Shown: positions 1 to 8,251 of the stretch, one piece after another | Position numbering within the stretch: position 1 is the first letter of the stretch | Layout: each line of letters starts with the position of its first letter | From: Gemmatimonadota bacterium | Lineage (GTDB): Bacteria; Gemmatimonadota; Gemmatimonadetes; Palauibacterales; KS3-K002 | DNA length: 30,339 bases | Reading direction: 5' to 3' | Assembly (NCBI GenBank): GCA_039586795.1 | Contig: JBDHJS010000042.1 | Location: 1-30,339 of the forward strand | Notes under the pieces: generated by a model | The model's database searches: none | Seen by the model: only the letters and a program-made list of their open reading frames with translations | What the model was told of the DNA's origin: nothing | Position numbers and translations under genes: made by a program

Positions 1-16
1 CCCGAGAGGGGAGCCG

Positions 17-2446
17 TTGAGCCAGTTCAAGAAGTTCATCTCCGAAATCCATCGCCGTTCGATCTGGCAGGTGCTGGCCGTGTACCTGATTGGCGCCTGG
101 CTGGCCTTCGAGATCATCCAGACGCTGACGGAGGGACTAGGGCTGCCCGGTTGGTTCCCAGCGCTGGCGCTGATCCTGTTCATCGTCGGCCTGCCGATCG
201 TCTTGGCGACGGCGATCGTGCAGCAGGGAGGGCCGAGTCCGGGCACCTCCGACCCGACGCTGATACCGGTCGAACCCGGGGACGCGGCGAAAGCGGACGC
301 TGGCCGTCAGGGACTGCTCAGAACGGTCACCTGGAGGAATGCGTTGCAGGCCGGGGTCATCGCGTTCGCTTTGTGGGGCGTCGTCGCGATGGGGTGGCTG
401 TTGCTGCGACCGAGCGGCGATGGGCGACCGACGTCTGGCGAGGTCTCGGCCACGGCGGTGGCGGTCCTGCCGTTCACCTTCCGAGGCGATGAGGATCTGT
501 CGTACCTGGGCGAAGGGATGGTGGACCTTTTGAGCCGGGCGCTGGATGGGGCCGGTGAGCTGCGGGCCGTGGATCCGTGGGCGCTGCTCAGCTTAATCGA
601 GCAGAGTGGCGGCAGCCGTCTCGATCCGCAGATCGCGCGATCCGTCGCCGAGCAGTTTGGCGCCGGCCTGTTCGTGTTGGGGAATGTGCTGGAAACGGGC
701 GGTCAGTTGCGGATCGACGCCGTGCTCTACGATGCCAACGGTAATCAGTTGTCGTCGGTGGAGGCGACGGCCACGGATGAGAGCGGAGTGTTGGAGCTGG
801 TGGACGACCTGGCACGCGAACTCGTTGTGGCAGGCGGCGCTGGTGATGTGCGTCTAACACGAACCGCGGCGGCGACCACGAGCGCGGTGGACGCATTGAA
901 GGCGTATCTGGAGGGCGAGCAGCGGTTCCGCGCTGGAAGGTACGCCGAGGCTGTGGACGCCTTCCAGCGCGCCGTGTCTGTCGATTCTTCCTTCGCCCTC
1001 GCCTACTACCGGATGAGCGTCGCTGCGGAGTGGATCGGCATGTTCGATGTGATCCTGCATGCCTCCGAGCAGGCGGTGCGCTACGGCGAGCGCTTGCCGC
1101 CGCGCGATCGCCAATTGCTCGAGGCTTCGTTGGCGCTGCGCCGGGGTGCTGCCGGAGAGGCGGAGCTCCTGTACGAGGGCGTGCTCTTCAGCTATCCGGA
1201 GGATGTGGAGGCGTGGTACCAGCTGGCCGAGTCGCAGTTTCACTACGGTCCGGTACGAGGCCGATCGATCAGCGAATCGCGCCGTGCGTTCGAGCGAGTG
1301 ATCGAGCTCGATCCTGAAAACGTGATGGCAATCTTCCACCTGGCGCGAGTCGCGGCGCGGGAACGCGAGTACCCGAGGCTCGATTCATTGGTGAACCGGG
1401 CGGTGGAGCTTCAGCCGGAGAGCGGGCGGATTCTGGAGCTGCTGGCGCTCCGTGCCTTCGTCATGGGAGATGCCGAAGAACGTCAGGGTGTTCTGGCGCA
1501 GGCGCGCGACGCTCCCCTGGTCTTCATGATATCGGTGGTCGGTTCGGGCGTATACTCGGAGGAGATCGACGCATCGATCCAGCTCGGCCGGCAGCTGACG
1601 CTGCCAGGACGCGGCCAGGTAGAGCGAATACTAGGCCGTGGGTCGGTCACGATCGGGCAAGCGGGCTTTGGAAGGTTGGCGGCGGCCAGGGCCGAGGCTG
1701 CCTCTAGCTCTGTGCCGGATCAGGTCGGCGAGCCAACGTTTTCGGCGGTCGTCACAGCTCTTTCGGCAGCTCACCCCTTCTACCCTGTATCAGAGCAGGC
1801 CCTCGAGGCTGCGCGTGCGGAACTGCTGTCGTGGAATACGGAGATATGGCCGGGAGATGCTGAGAGCGTTCTGTACGGCCGGGCCGACCAGGCCGAGGTT
1901 ACGCGCCTTTATCTGCTGGGACTGATCAGCGCGCGGATGGGCCAGGGCGCTGCCGCGCGGGACTATGCGACGGAGTTGGAAGGCCAAGGTCCACTGGCCG
2001 AATGGGGCTCGATGGTATCGGATCTCGCGCACACGGTCCGCGCACTGGCGGCTCGGAGCGAGGGCCGACTGGAGGATTCGCTGGCCGAGATCGAGCAGGC
2101 GCGCTACGAGACGCACTACGCGTGGTTGACCACGTCACCACTTCACGCCCAGTCGGCTGGCCGGTTCCTTCGCGCCGAGCTGCTGGAGGTTGCCGGCCGC
2201 GACGAAGAAGCGCTGCGCTGGTACCGGGCATCCACGGAGCTATCCTTCTTCGACGTGATCAACTTGGCACCCGCGCACTTGAGACGGGCTGAGATCTACG
2301 AGCGGCTGGGCGATGAACAAAATGCCGTCCATCACTACGCCCGGTTCATCAAGCTTTGGCAGGATGCCGATCCGGAGTTGCAGCCAATGGTGGAAGAAGC
2401 GCGGCATGCGCTGGAACGGCTGACGGACGAACCGATGCGAAACTGA
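17..2446 (+). CDS. Membrane-anchored TolB-like/TPR repeat protein (adenylate cyclase/kinase-associated sensor-type architecture, no catalytic domain evident)
   Basis: TTG start after GAGGGGAG; N-terminal EIHRRSIWQV motif plus ~3 TM helices; VAVLPF TolB-like domain; multiple TPRs; C-terminal W.DADPELQP motif. Confidence 0.8.
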   Translation: MSQFKKFISEIHRRSIWQVLAVYLIGAWLAFEIIQTLTEGLGLPGWFPALALILFIVGLPIVLATAIVQQGGPSPGTSDPTLIPVEPGDAAKADAGRQGLLRTVTWRNALQAGVIAFALWGVVAMGWLLLRPSGDGRPTSGEVSATAVAVLPFTFRGDEDLSYLGEGMVDLLSRALDGAGELRAVDPWALLSLIEQSGGSRLDPQIARSVAEQFGAGLFVLGNVLETGGQLRIDAVLYDANGNQLSSVEATATDESGVLELVDDLARELVVAGGAGDVRLTRTAAATTSAVDALKAYLEGEQRFRAGRYAEAVDAFQRAVSVDSSFALAYYRMSVAAEWIGMFDVILHASEQAVRYGERLPPRDRQLLEASLALRRGAAGEAELLYEGVLFSYPEDVEAWYQLAESQFHYGPVRGRSISESRRAFERVIELDPENVMAIFHLARVAAREREYPRLDSLVNRAVELQPESGRILELLALRAFVMGDAEERQGVLAQARDAPLVFMISVVGSGVYSEEIDASIQLGRQLTLPGRGQVERILGRGSVTIGQAGFGRLAAARAEAASSSVPDQVGEPTFSAVVTALSAAHPFYPVSEQALEAARAELLSWNTEIWPGDAESVLYGRADQAEVTRLYLLGLISARMGQGAAARDYATELEGQGPLAEWGSMVSDLAHTVRALAARSEGRLEDSLAEIEQARYETHYAWLTTSPLHAQSAGRFLRAELLEVAGRDEEALRWYRASTELSFFDVINLAPAHLRRAEIYERLGDEQNAVHHYARFIKLWQDADPELQPMVEEARHALERLTDEPMRN

Positions 2447-2464
2447 TGGTGCGGTGGAAAGAGA

Positions 2465-4513
2465 ATGATGCTGGGATCGAACGTGCCTTACGGTAGCCGT
2501 CCCATCTCGCGCCGTGAATTCGTTGAGCGCACGGCCGCCGGCGTTGTCGCGCTCTCCGCCTATCCGATGTCGTCAGACGCCGGCAGTTTGGCGTCGAGAC
2601 AGGAGCAATCGGTACGGAACCGACACTACGTGTCCAACCGCGAGCCGCTGACGAGCAACCCATACATCCCGCTCCCTCTCGGCTCGGTGCAACCGGCGGG
2701 CTGGCTGGAGCGCCAGCTCGAAGGCTGGGCGCGGGGCATGACCGGCGAACTGGACGAAGTATGGCCCGACGTCGGCCCGGACAACGGTTGGCTCGGCGGC
2801 GACGGCGACGTGTGGGAGCGCGGCCCCTACTGGCTCGATGGCCTGGTGCCCCTCGCCTATTCGCTAAAGAACGAGCGGTTGATCGAGAAGGCGAACGTCT
2901 GGATCGAGGCGACGCTCGAGAGCGCGCGGCCCGACGGCTTCTTCGGGCCGGAAGATGAGCGGCAGCAGCGCGGCGGGGGTCGGGTGCCGGGTGCCGACTG
3001 GTGGCCGCGCATGGTGATGCTGAAGGTGCTTCAGCAGCATCACGAGGCGACAGGGGACGAGCGGGTGCTCGACCTGATGACGGAGTACTTCCGTTATCAA
3101 CACACCTGGCTGCCGGATCTCCCGCTGGGCGCGTTCACGTTCTGGGGTCAGCGGCGCGGCGGCGAGAACCTGGCGAGCGTGCACTGGCTTTACAATAGGA
3201 CGGGCGATGCGTTCCTGCTCGATCTCGGTGAGCTGATCTTCGAGCAAACGGAAGACTGGACGGCGAACTTCACGACCGATCACGGCATCTGGCACGTCGT
3301 GAATACGGCGATGGGCGTCAAGCAGCCCGGCGTTTGGTACCAGCAGTCGGGGGATCGCCGATACCTGGAGGCGGTGGAGCAGGGGATCACCTACTTGATG
3401 ACGCGGCACGGTCAGCCGCAGGGGATATGGTCGGGCGACGAGATGCTGCATGGTACGAATCCGACGCAGGGCGTGGAGACGTGCGCTGTGGTGGAGTACA
3501 TGTTCAGCCTGGAGACGCTTCTGGCGATCACGGGGAGCGTCGCTCATGCGGACCGGTTGGAGCGCGTCGCCTACAACGCGCTACCGGCAGCGCTCAGTCC
3601 ACACTTTGCGGGTCGTCATTATTATCAGCTGCCGAACCAGATTGCCTGCACGAAGGACTATCACAACTTCAGCACACGACACGAAGACGACGCATTGATC
3701 GGCCTGGAGACCGGTTACGGCTGTTGCACGGCAAACATGCATCAGGGCTGGCCGAAGTTCGTGGCGCATCTGTGGATGGCGACGCCGGATGACGGGCTGG
3801 CGGCGCTGGTCTACGGGCCGTGCGAGGTGACGGCTGCAGTCGCAGATGGTGAGGAAGTCCGATTCGAAGAAGACACATCGTATCCGTTCGAGGAGGATGT
3901 GCGCTTCATCTATCACGGCGCCTCGAACATCGCCTTCCCGCTTTACTTCCGCATCCCCAGCTGGTGCGACGTGGCGGCGCTGCGTGTGAACGATCGCGTG
4001 ATCGATCAGCCGGAGGCCGGCAGCATCGTCCGTCTGGAGCGGCGGTGGGAGAATGGCGATCGGGTCACGCTCCACCTTCCGATGGAAACCCGCGCCTCAC
4101 GCTGGCATGAGCGGTCGGCGACGCTGGAGCGTGGACCGCTGGTCTTCGCGCTGCGCCGGAACGAGAGGTGGACGGCGGTGAAAGGAAGGCAGCCATACGT
4201 CGACTACGTGATTCGCACCGACGAGCCCTGGAACTACGGACTGCTGCGGGAGGACCTGGAGGAGCCGGGTGAAGGCTACGAGGTGCGACGTCTGCCGATG
4301 GAGGATCAGCCCTGGTCGGCGCAGAACGCACCTCTGGAGCTGACCGGCTGGGCACGGCGCGTACCGGAGTGGGAGCGCTACGGTGGCATCACCGGGCCGT
4401 TGCCCTGGAGCCCGGTGCCGTCGCGCATGCCGGACGAAGAGGTGACGCTGGTGCCGTATGGGTGTACGGAGATTCGGATTTGTGAGTTTCCGGTGGTGGT
4501 GAGGACGTCTTAG
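2465..4513 (+). CDS. GH127 family beta-L-arabinofuranosidase-like glycoside hydrolase, Tat-exported
   Basis: SRREFV twin-arginine signal; WERGPYWLDG, HVVN, GDE, ETC and GCCTAN motifs typical of GH127. Confidence 0.88.
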   Translation: MMLGSNVPYGSRPISRREFVERTAAGVVALSAYPMSSDAGSLASRQEQSVRNRHYVSNREPLTSNPYIPLPLGSVQPAGWLERQLEGWARGMTGELDEVWPDVGPDNGWLGGDGDVWERGPYWLDGLVPLAYSLKNERLIEKANVWIEATLESARPDGFFGPEDERQQRGGGRVPGADWWPRMVMLKVLQQHHEATGDERVLDLMTEYFRYQHTWLPDLPLGAFTFWGQRRGGENLASVHWLYNRTGDAFLLDLGELIFEQTEDWTANFTTDHGIWHVVNTAMGVKQPGVWYQQSGDRRYLEAVEQGITYLMTRHGQPQGIWSGDEMLHGTNPTQGVETCAVVEYMFSLETLLAITGSVAHADRLERVAYNALPAALSPHFAGRHYYQLPNQIACTKDYHNFSTRHEDDALIGLETGYGCCTANMHQGWPKFVAHLWMATPDDGLAALVYGPCEVTAAVADGEEVRFEEDTSYPFEEDVRFIYHGASNIAFPLYFRIPSWCDVAALRVNDRVIDQPEAGSIVRLERRWENGDRVTLHLPMETRASRWHERSATLERGPLVFALRRNERWTAVKGRQPYVDYVIRTDEPWNYGLLREDLEEPGEGYEVRRLPMEDQPWSAQNAPLELTGWARRVPEWERYGGITGPLPWSPVPSRMPDEEVTLVPYGCTEIRICEFPVVVRTS

Positions 4514-4514
4514 G

Positions 4515-4546
4515 GATTCTGAGATTCGGGGATAACGAGAGTCGGG
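4515..4546 (+). repeat. Degenerate 8-mer tandem repeat
   Basis: GATTCTGA GATTCGGG GATAACGA GAGTCGGG directly after the GH127 stop. Confidence 0.4.
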
Positions 4547-4654
4547 AGTGTTGGGGTGGAAGCTGTTGCGTTGTTGGAGGTTGAGGGGCATCGTAAGGCT
4601 GCTGTTAGGGTCCCGCCAAATGTAGGGTAATGCATCGCTGTTGGCGCTCTTCCG

Positions 4655-4684
4655 AACCCGCTGTCGGATGGCGGGTTTCTTTTT
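4655..4684 (+). terminator. Intrinsic terminator-like hairpin just upstream of rtcA
   Basis: AACCCGCTGT-CGG-ATGGCGGGTT followed by TCTTTTT. Confidence 0.7.
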
Positions 4685-4700
4685 GGACACCCGGAAATAC

Positions 4701-5714
4701 ATGATCGAGATCGACGGATCCTACGGAGAGGGCGGCGGCGCGATCTTGCGGCAGGCGCTGGGCATGGCGGCGTATGCGCGGAAGGCGATACGCGTGTACA
4801 ACATTCGAGCGGGTCGCGAGAAGCCGGGGCTGGCGGCGCAGCACCTGAGGGCGGTCGAGGCGGCGGGCGCCGTGTGCGGCGCCCGGGTGCGCGGCGCCAA
4901 GCTGGGCTCTTCCGAGGTCCTATTCGAGCCGAATCAGATGCAGTCGGGCGCCTTTCAGTTCGATGTGGGGACAGCGGGCTCGGCTACGCTCATCCTGCAG
5001 ACGGTGCTGCTTCCCTGTCTTTCGATGCCAGGGGAATACCAATTCGAAATCACGGGCGGGACCGATGTGCCCTGGTCACCGCCGGCGGACTACCTCAAAA
5101 ACGTTACGCTACCGGTGCTGGCGAAGCTTGGCGACGGTAAGGTCGCGGTGGTGCGTCGCGGCTACTATCCGAAGGGCGGCGGACGACTTCTGGCGCGATT
5201 GGAAGGCGGTTCGCGCCGCGGCTTCTCTCTCGTCCTGCGCGACCCGGGAGACGTCAGGGGTATCAAGGGGGTGAGTCACGCCACCGAGCAGCTGCGCGAG
5301 CGCAAGGTAGCGGAACGGCAAGCGACGGCGGCGAACCACGTGCTGATGCGGCTAGGCTACGAGGTGAGCATCTCCGTGCAGTACTCGGACGCGTCGAACC
5401 TGGGCAGCGGGATCACGTTGTGGACGGAGTCGGACAACGGTCCGTCCGTCGCAGGTTCGGCGCTGGGTGTGAGGGAGAAGGCGGCGGAAGAGGTCGGGCG
5501 CGAGGCGGCACGTGAGCTGTTGGACGAGGTCAATGCGGGGGCTACTGTGGATCGATATCTGGCGGATCAGTTGATCCCGTTCATCGCCGTGTCGGGTGGT
5601 TCGTTGCAGACGTCGGAGATTACGGCGCACACGCGGTCGTGTATGCATGTGGCCGAGCAGGTGCTGGGGGCGCGGTTTTTGGTGGATGAGACGACGGTTA
5701 CGGCGCGGAAGTAG
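4701..5714 (+). CDS. rtcA: RNA 3'-terminal phosphate cyclase
   Basis: MIEIDGSYGEGGG, NIRAGREKPGLAAQH, GTAGS, GGTDVPWSP, RRGYYPKGGG and YLADQL motifs; start moved to ATG 4701 to match the family N-terminus. Confidence 0.93.
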   Translation: MIEIDGSYGEGGGAILRQALGMAAYARKAIRVYNIRAGREKPGLAAQHLRAVEAAGAVCGARVRGAKLGSSEVLFEPNQMQSGAFQFDVGTAGSATLILQTVLLPCLSMPGEYQFEITGGTDVPWSPPADYLKNVTLPVLAKLGDGKVAVVRRGYYPKGGGRLLARLEGGSRRGFSLVLRDPGDVRGIKGVSHATEQLRERKVAERQATAANHVLMRLGYEVSISVQYSDASNLGSGITLWTESDNGPSVAGSALGVREKAAEEVGREAARELLDEVNAGATVDRYLADQLIPFIAVSGGSLQTSEITAHTRSCMHVAEQVLGARFLVDETTVTARK

Positions 5715-5721
5715 GGGGGCG

Positions 5722-5799
5722 AAAAACAAATCGGGGCTCGCTAGCCCAAGGCCCTTTAAACATACGAGCGGGCGTTTATGGACCCGGGCCGCGAGCCCC
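5722..5799 (-). terminator. Long imperfect hairpin between convergent genes; probable terminator
   Basis: GGGGCTCGC (5733-5741) pairs with GCGAGCCCC (5791-5799), with inner GCCC/GGGC and TAAAC/GTTTA pairing; A-rich run 5722-5730 gives a U-tract on the minus strand. Confidence 0.5.
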
Positions 5800-5837
5800 A
5801 GCGGTCTTTTGACCGGTTATCAGATTCGCGAGATCGC

Positions 5838-6359
5838 TTAAGGCGTCAGCGCCAGCGTCTCGACTGACTCAATCGACGCCAAGCGCGTCGCCCTGATCTG
5901 ATCCTTAACGTCCTCCGGGATATACGGCGAAGTCAGCAGCTTGTCGACTTTCGCCAGATGCCGGTCCACTACCTGCTTGTTGCCTTCGACCCCGGCGATC
6001 CATGCGGCATCCGCAAAGGCCCATACCTCGGCAACGATGTCACCGTAGGTTGCCGCCTCCTCAGCCAGGTTGACCATCGTGCCGCCGGCCGACTGGAAGC
6101 GGTCCTCGTAGTAGTAAGTGTATGCGATTCGACGGAGCGCCGTTTCGGGTAGCACTCCCTGCTCGCGCTGCAGGTCTACTGCCTTACGGTATTCTCCACG
6201 TGCCGATCCATACCTGCCCTCAGCCGCCAACTCATCGCCCCTTACGATGTGGGCTTGAGCGATGGGATCATCTGGCGGATCGGCATTGATGGTGGTGACC
6301 GGAACGAGGAACAACGCTGCTGCAGCTACGCCTGTGGAAATCCTGATCAACGTCTTCAT
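5838..6359 (-). CDS. Secreted TPR-like helical hypothetical protein
   Basis: AGGAGG RBS; signal peptide; TPR-like AHIVRGDELAAEGRYGSARGEY. Confidence 0.75.
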   Translation of the reverse strand: MKTLIRISTGVAAAALFLVPVTTINADPPDDPIAQAHIVRGDELAAEGRYGSARGEYRKAVDLQREQGVLPETALRRIAYTYYYEDRFQSAGGTMVNLAEEAATYGDIVAEVWAFADAAWIAGVEGNKQVVDRHLAKVDKLLTSPYIPEDVKDQIRATRLASIESVETLALTP

Positions 6360-6458
6360 AGCACGCCTCCTAAGGCTCTGGGGGCGTGTCCCTCCTCACG
6401 CCACTTGGGCTGCCCCGGCAATTTGCCCGCTATGTCGACTTGACCAGTTACTCTACAT

Positions 6459-6485
6459 AACGAGTCATCTGTCCCGTAGGTTTCA
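6459..6485 (-). promoter_or_regulatory. ECF sigma-type promoter TGAAAC-N17-CGTT
   Basis: Minus strand TGAAAC ctacgggacagatgact CGTT, ~100 nt upstream of the 6359 start and just downstream of an ECF sigma/anti-sigma pair. Confidence 0.6.
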
Positions 6486-6532
6486 CTCGCCTGTAAATGA
6501 TTGAAAAACAATAGGTTACGGACTCGGACGCT

Positions 6533-7729
6533 TTAGCGAACCCGCTCGGCGAGCGCCCTCAGCGAGTCTCCGCTCACCTCAGCTGCCAACGTCAGCAGAT
6601 AGCCCTCCTCATACCAGCGATACACGTTCATCCCGGATGGCTGGCCGATCAGAACCGCATCGAGTGCGTCCTTTTCCCGGGCTTGTTCCGCCGACGCCTG
6701 CTGCATGGTCAGCACGATCTCGTTGTTCGCAGCGTCCAGATAGATGAGTCGCACGGCGGGTAGCCCAAGCACGCCATCTTCCAACGCGGCTCCCGGTCCG
6801 ACTTCGACTCTCTGCAGTTGCAGATCGGGTAGCGTGCGCAGCTGGTGGCCCAACCACTCGGCGGCTTCGTCCGGTTGCACGGCGAAGAAGCGGCCGACCT
6901 CGTTGGCTTCCGCTTCCGCGGAAACCTGTGCCATGGGCGCCGCGAACTCTGCGTCGGCGGGGACATCAGCCTTGGCGGCGGTGAGTTCGCGCCGTTCTCG
7001 CGTCACATCGTCCCGCAGATGATCTACGGCGGGTTCGGCTGGCGTTTCGTCAGCGGACACTTCCTTCGCCTCGGCGGCCTCACCTTCGCCGCCGCGGCGC
7101 GCGAGGTCGTCACGATCCGCTTCCGCCAGCTCGCGCCCGATTTGTTCTGGCACGCCACGGCTCGGCGGAGCGGCGGGCTCGGCACCGACCGTCGAGGTCA
7201 CGGGCTGTTGGTCCTCGACCTGATCGGCGAGTGATCGCAACGAGGTCTCTTCGACAGCGATAGCCGAAGCGCGGTCGTCGAACGCTTCACCGGTTACATT
7301 TGGCCGCTCCTCGAACTCGACCGCCACGGGTAAAGCCGACGGTTGTACCGTTTGGGAAGCCGGGCTTTGCATCCGGTCGCCCCACACGGGCCAGCTGGAG
7401 TGAGAGAGCCAGCCAACACCGAAGGCGAGTACGATAGATGCTGCCCAGGCGAGCCACGGCCCGACTCTTGGTTTGCGGGGCGCGCGCGCCGCCCGCGCGG
7501 CTGCCCGCTCCTCGATCTCTGTCCAGGGCGGCGGCTGCGAGGCTTCGGGCTCCAGCTCGGACATGAGACCGGAGGCCCGGCCGATGAGCGACTCGGCGGA
7601 CTCGAGTCGCTCGGCGCACGCTATGCAGTCGGCGATGTGCGCTTCGACGTCCGCTCTTCGCCGGTCGTTCAGCTCACCGTCGAGGTATTCGTGCAGGGTT
7701 CCGTCATCAATATGCGACATCTTCATCAC
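6533..7729 (-). CDS. Zinc-binding (zf-HC2) transmembrane anti-sigma factor
   Basis: H..(YLDGEL)..HIADCIAC ZAS motif, one TM helix, overlaps the 3' end of the ECF sigma gene. Confidence 0.85.
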   Translation of the reverse strand: MMKMSHIDDGTLHEYLDGELNDRRRADVEAHIADCIACAERLESAESLIGRASGLMSELEPEASQPPPWTEIEERAAARAARAPRKPRVGPWLAWAASIVLAFGVGWLSHSSWPVWGDRMQSPASQTVQPSALPVAVEFEERPNVTGEAFDDRASAIAVEETSLRSLADQVEDQQPVTSTVGAEPAAPPSRGVPEQIGRELAEADRDDLARRGGEGEAAEAKEVSADETPAEPAVDHLRDDVTRERRELTAAKADVPADAEFAAPMAQVSAEAEANEVGRFFAVQPDEAAEWLGHQLRTLPDLQLQRVEVGPGAALEDGVLGLPAVRLIYLDAANNEIVLTMQQASAEQAREKDALDAVLIGQPSGMNVYRWYEEGYLLTLAAEVSGDSLRALAERVR

Positions 7730-8216
7730 TTCCTTCGGTCGCTATCTCTTCGTACGCGGCGGCGAGTCGAGTCCGTGCCCGGGCCAGAGTGGTTCCGACG
7801 GATCCGCGTGAAAGGCCAAGCACATTTGCGATCTCGTCATAGTTGAAGCCTTCTTCCCACAGGAGGAGCGCCTCTCGATCTCGATCGCTCAACTGGTCGA
7901 GGGCGGCTCTCACCTTCTGAATCGTTTCGCGCCGCTCCAGCGCCACCTCGGGCCCGGGCTCTGGCGGCCGGGCCTCAGCTTCGGCTTTGATCAGCGTCAG
8001 GTGTCGCCTTCGTACCGAGCTTCGTCGGCCTTCATCCCGCGCCAGGTTCGCCGCCACCGTGAACAGCCAGGCCCGCGGTTTGTCCGGCTCGTGCTCCAGA
8101 GCGCGAACGAAAGCCTCTTGCGCCAGGTCCTCTGCGCGAGCCTGGTCGCCGATCCGCCGGTAAAGGAAGCGGACCAGCGACCGATAGTGCTCGCGGTAGA
8201 CTTGGGAGAGATCCAA
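7707..8216 (-). CDS. ECF family RNA polymerase sigma factor
   Basis: Region 2 AEDLAQEAF / AWLFTVAANLARD; region 4 YDEIANVLGLSRGSVGTTLARAR; TTG start after GGAGAGAGG. Confidence 0.93.
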   Translation of the reverse strand: MDLSQVYREHYRSLVRFLYRRIGDQARAEDLAQEAFVRALEHEPDKPRAWLFTVAANLARDEGRRSSVRRRHLTLIKAEAEARPPEPGPEVALERRETIQKVRAALDQLSDRDREALLLWEEGFNYDEIANVLGLSRGSVGTTLARARTRLAAAYEEIATEGSDEDVAY

Positions 8217-8251
8217 GGCCTCTCTCCAGGTTCAGTAACCGGCCGGCCTAA

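Noticed and set aside
4641..4700. Longer ORF-track starts for rtcA (also for the VIT-VWA gene at 10627, waaA at 27644, and 25767)
   Set aside because: Downstream ATGs fit the family N-termini, signal peptides or RBS better; the rtcA extension crosses a terminator.
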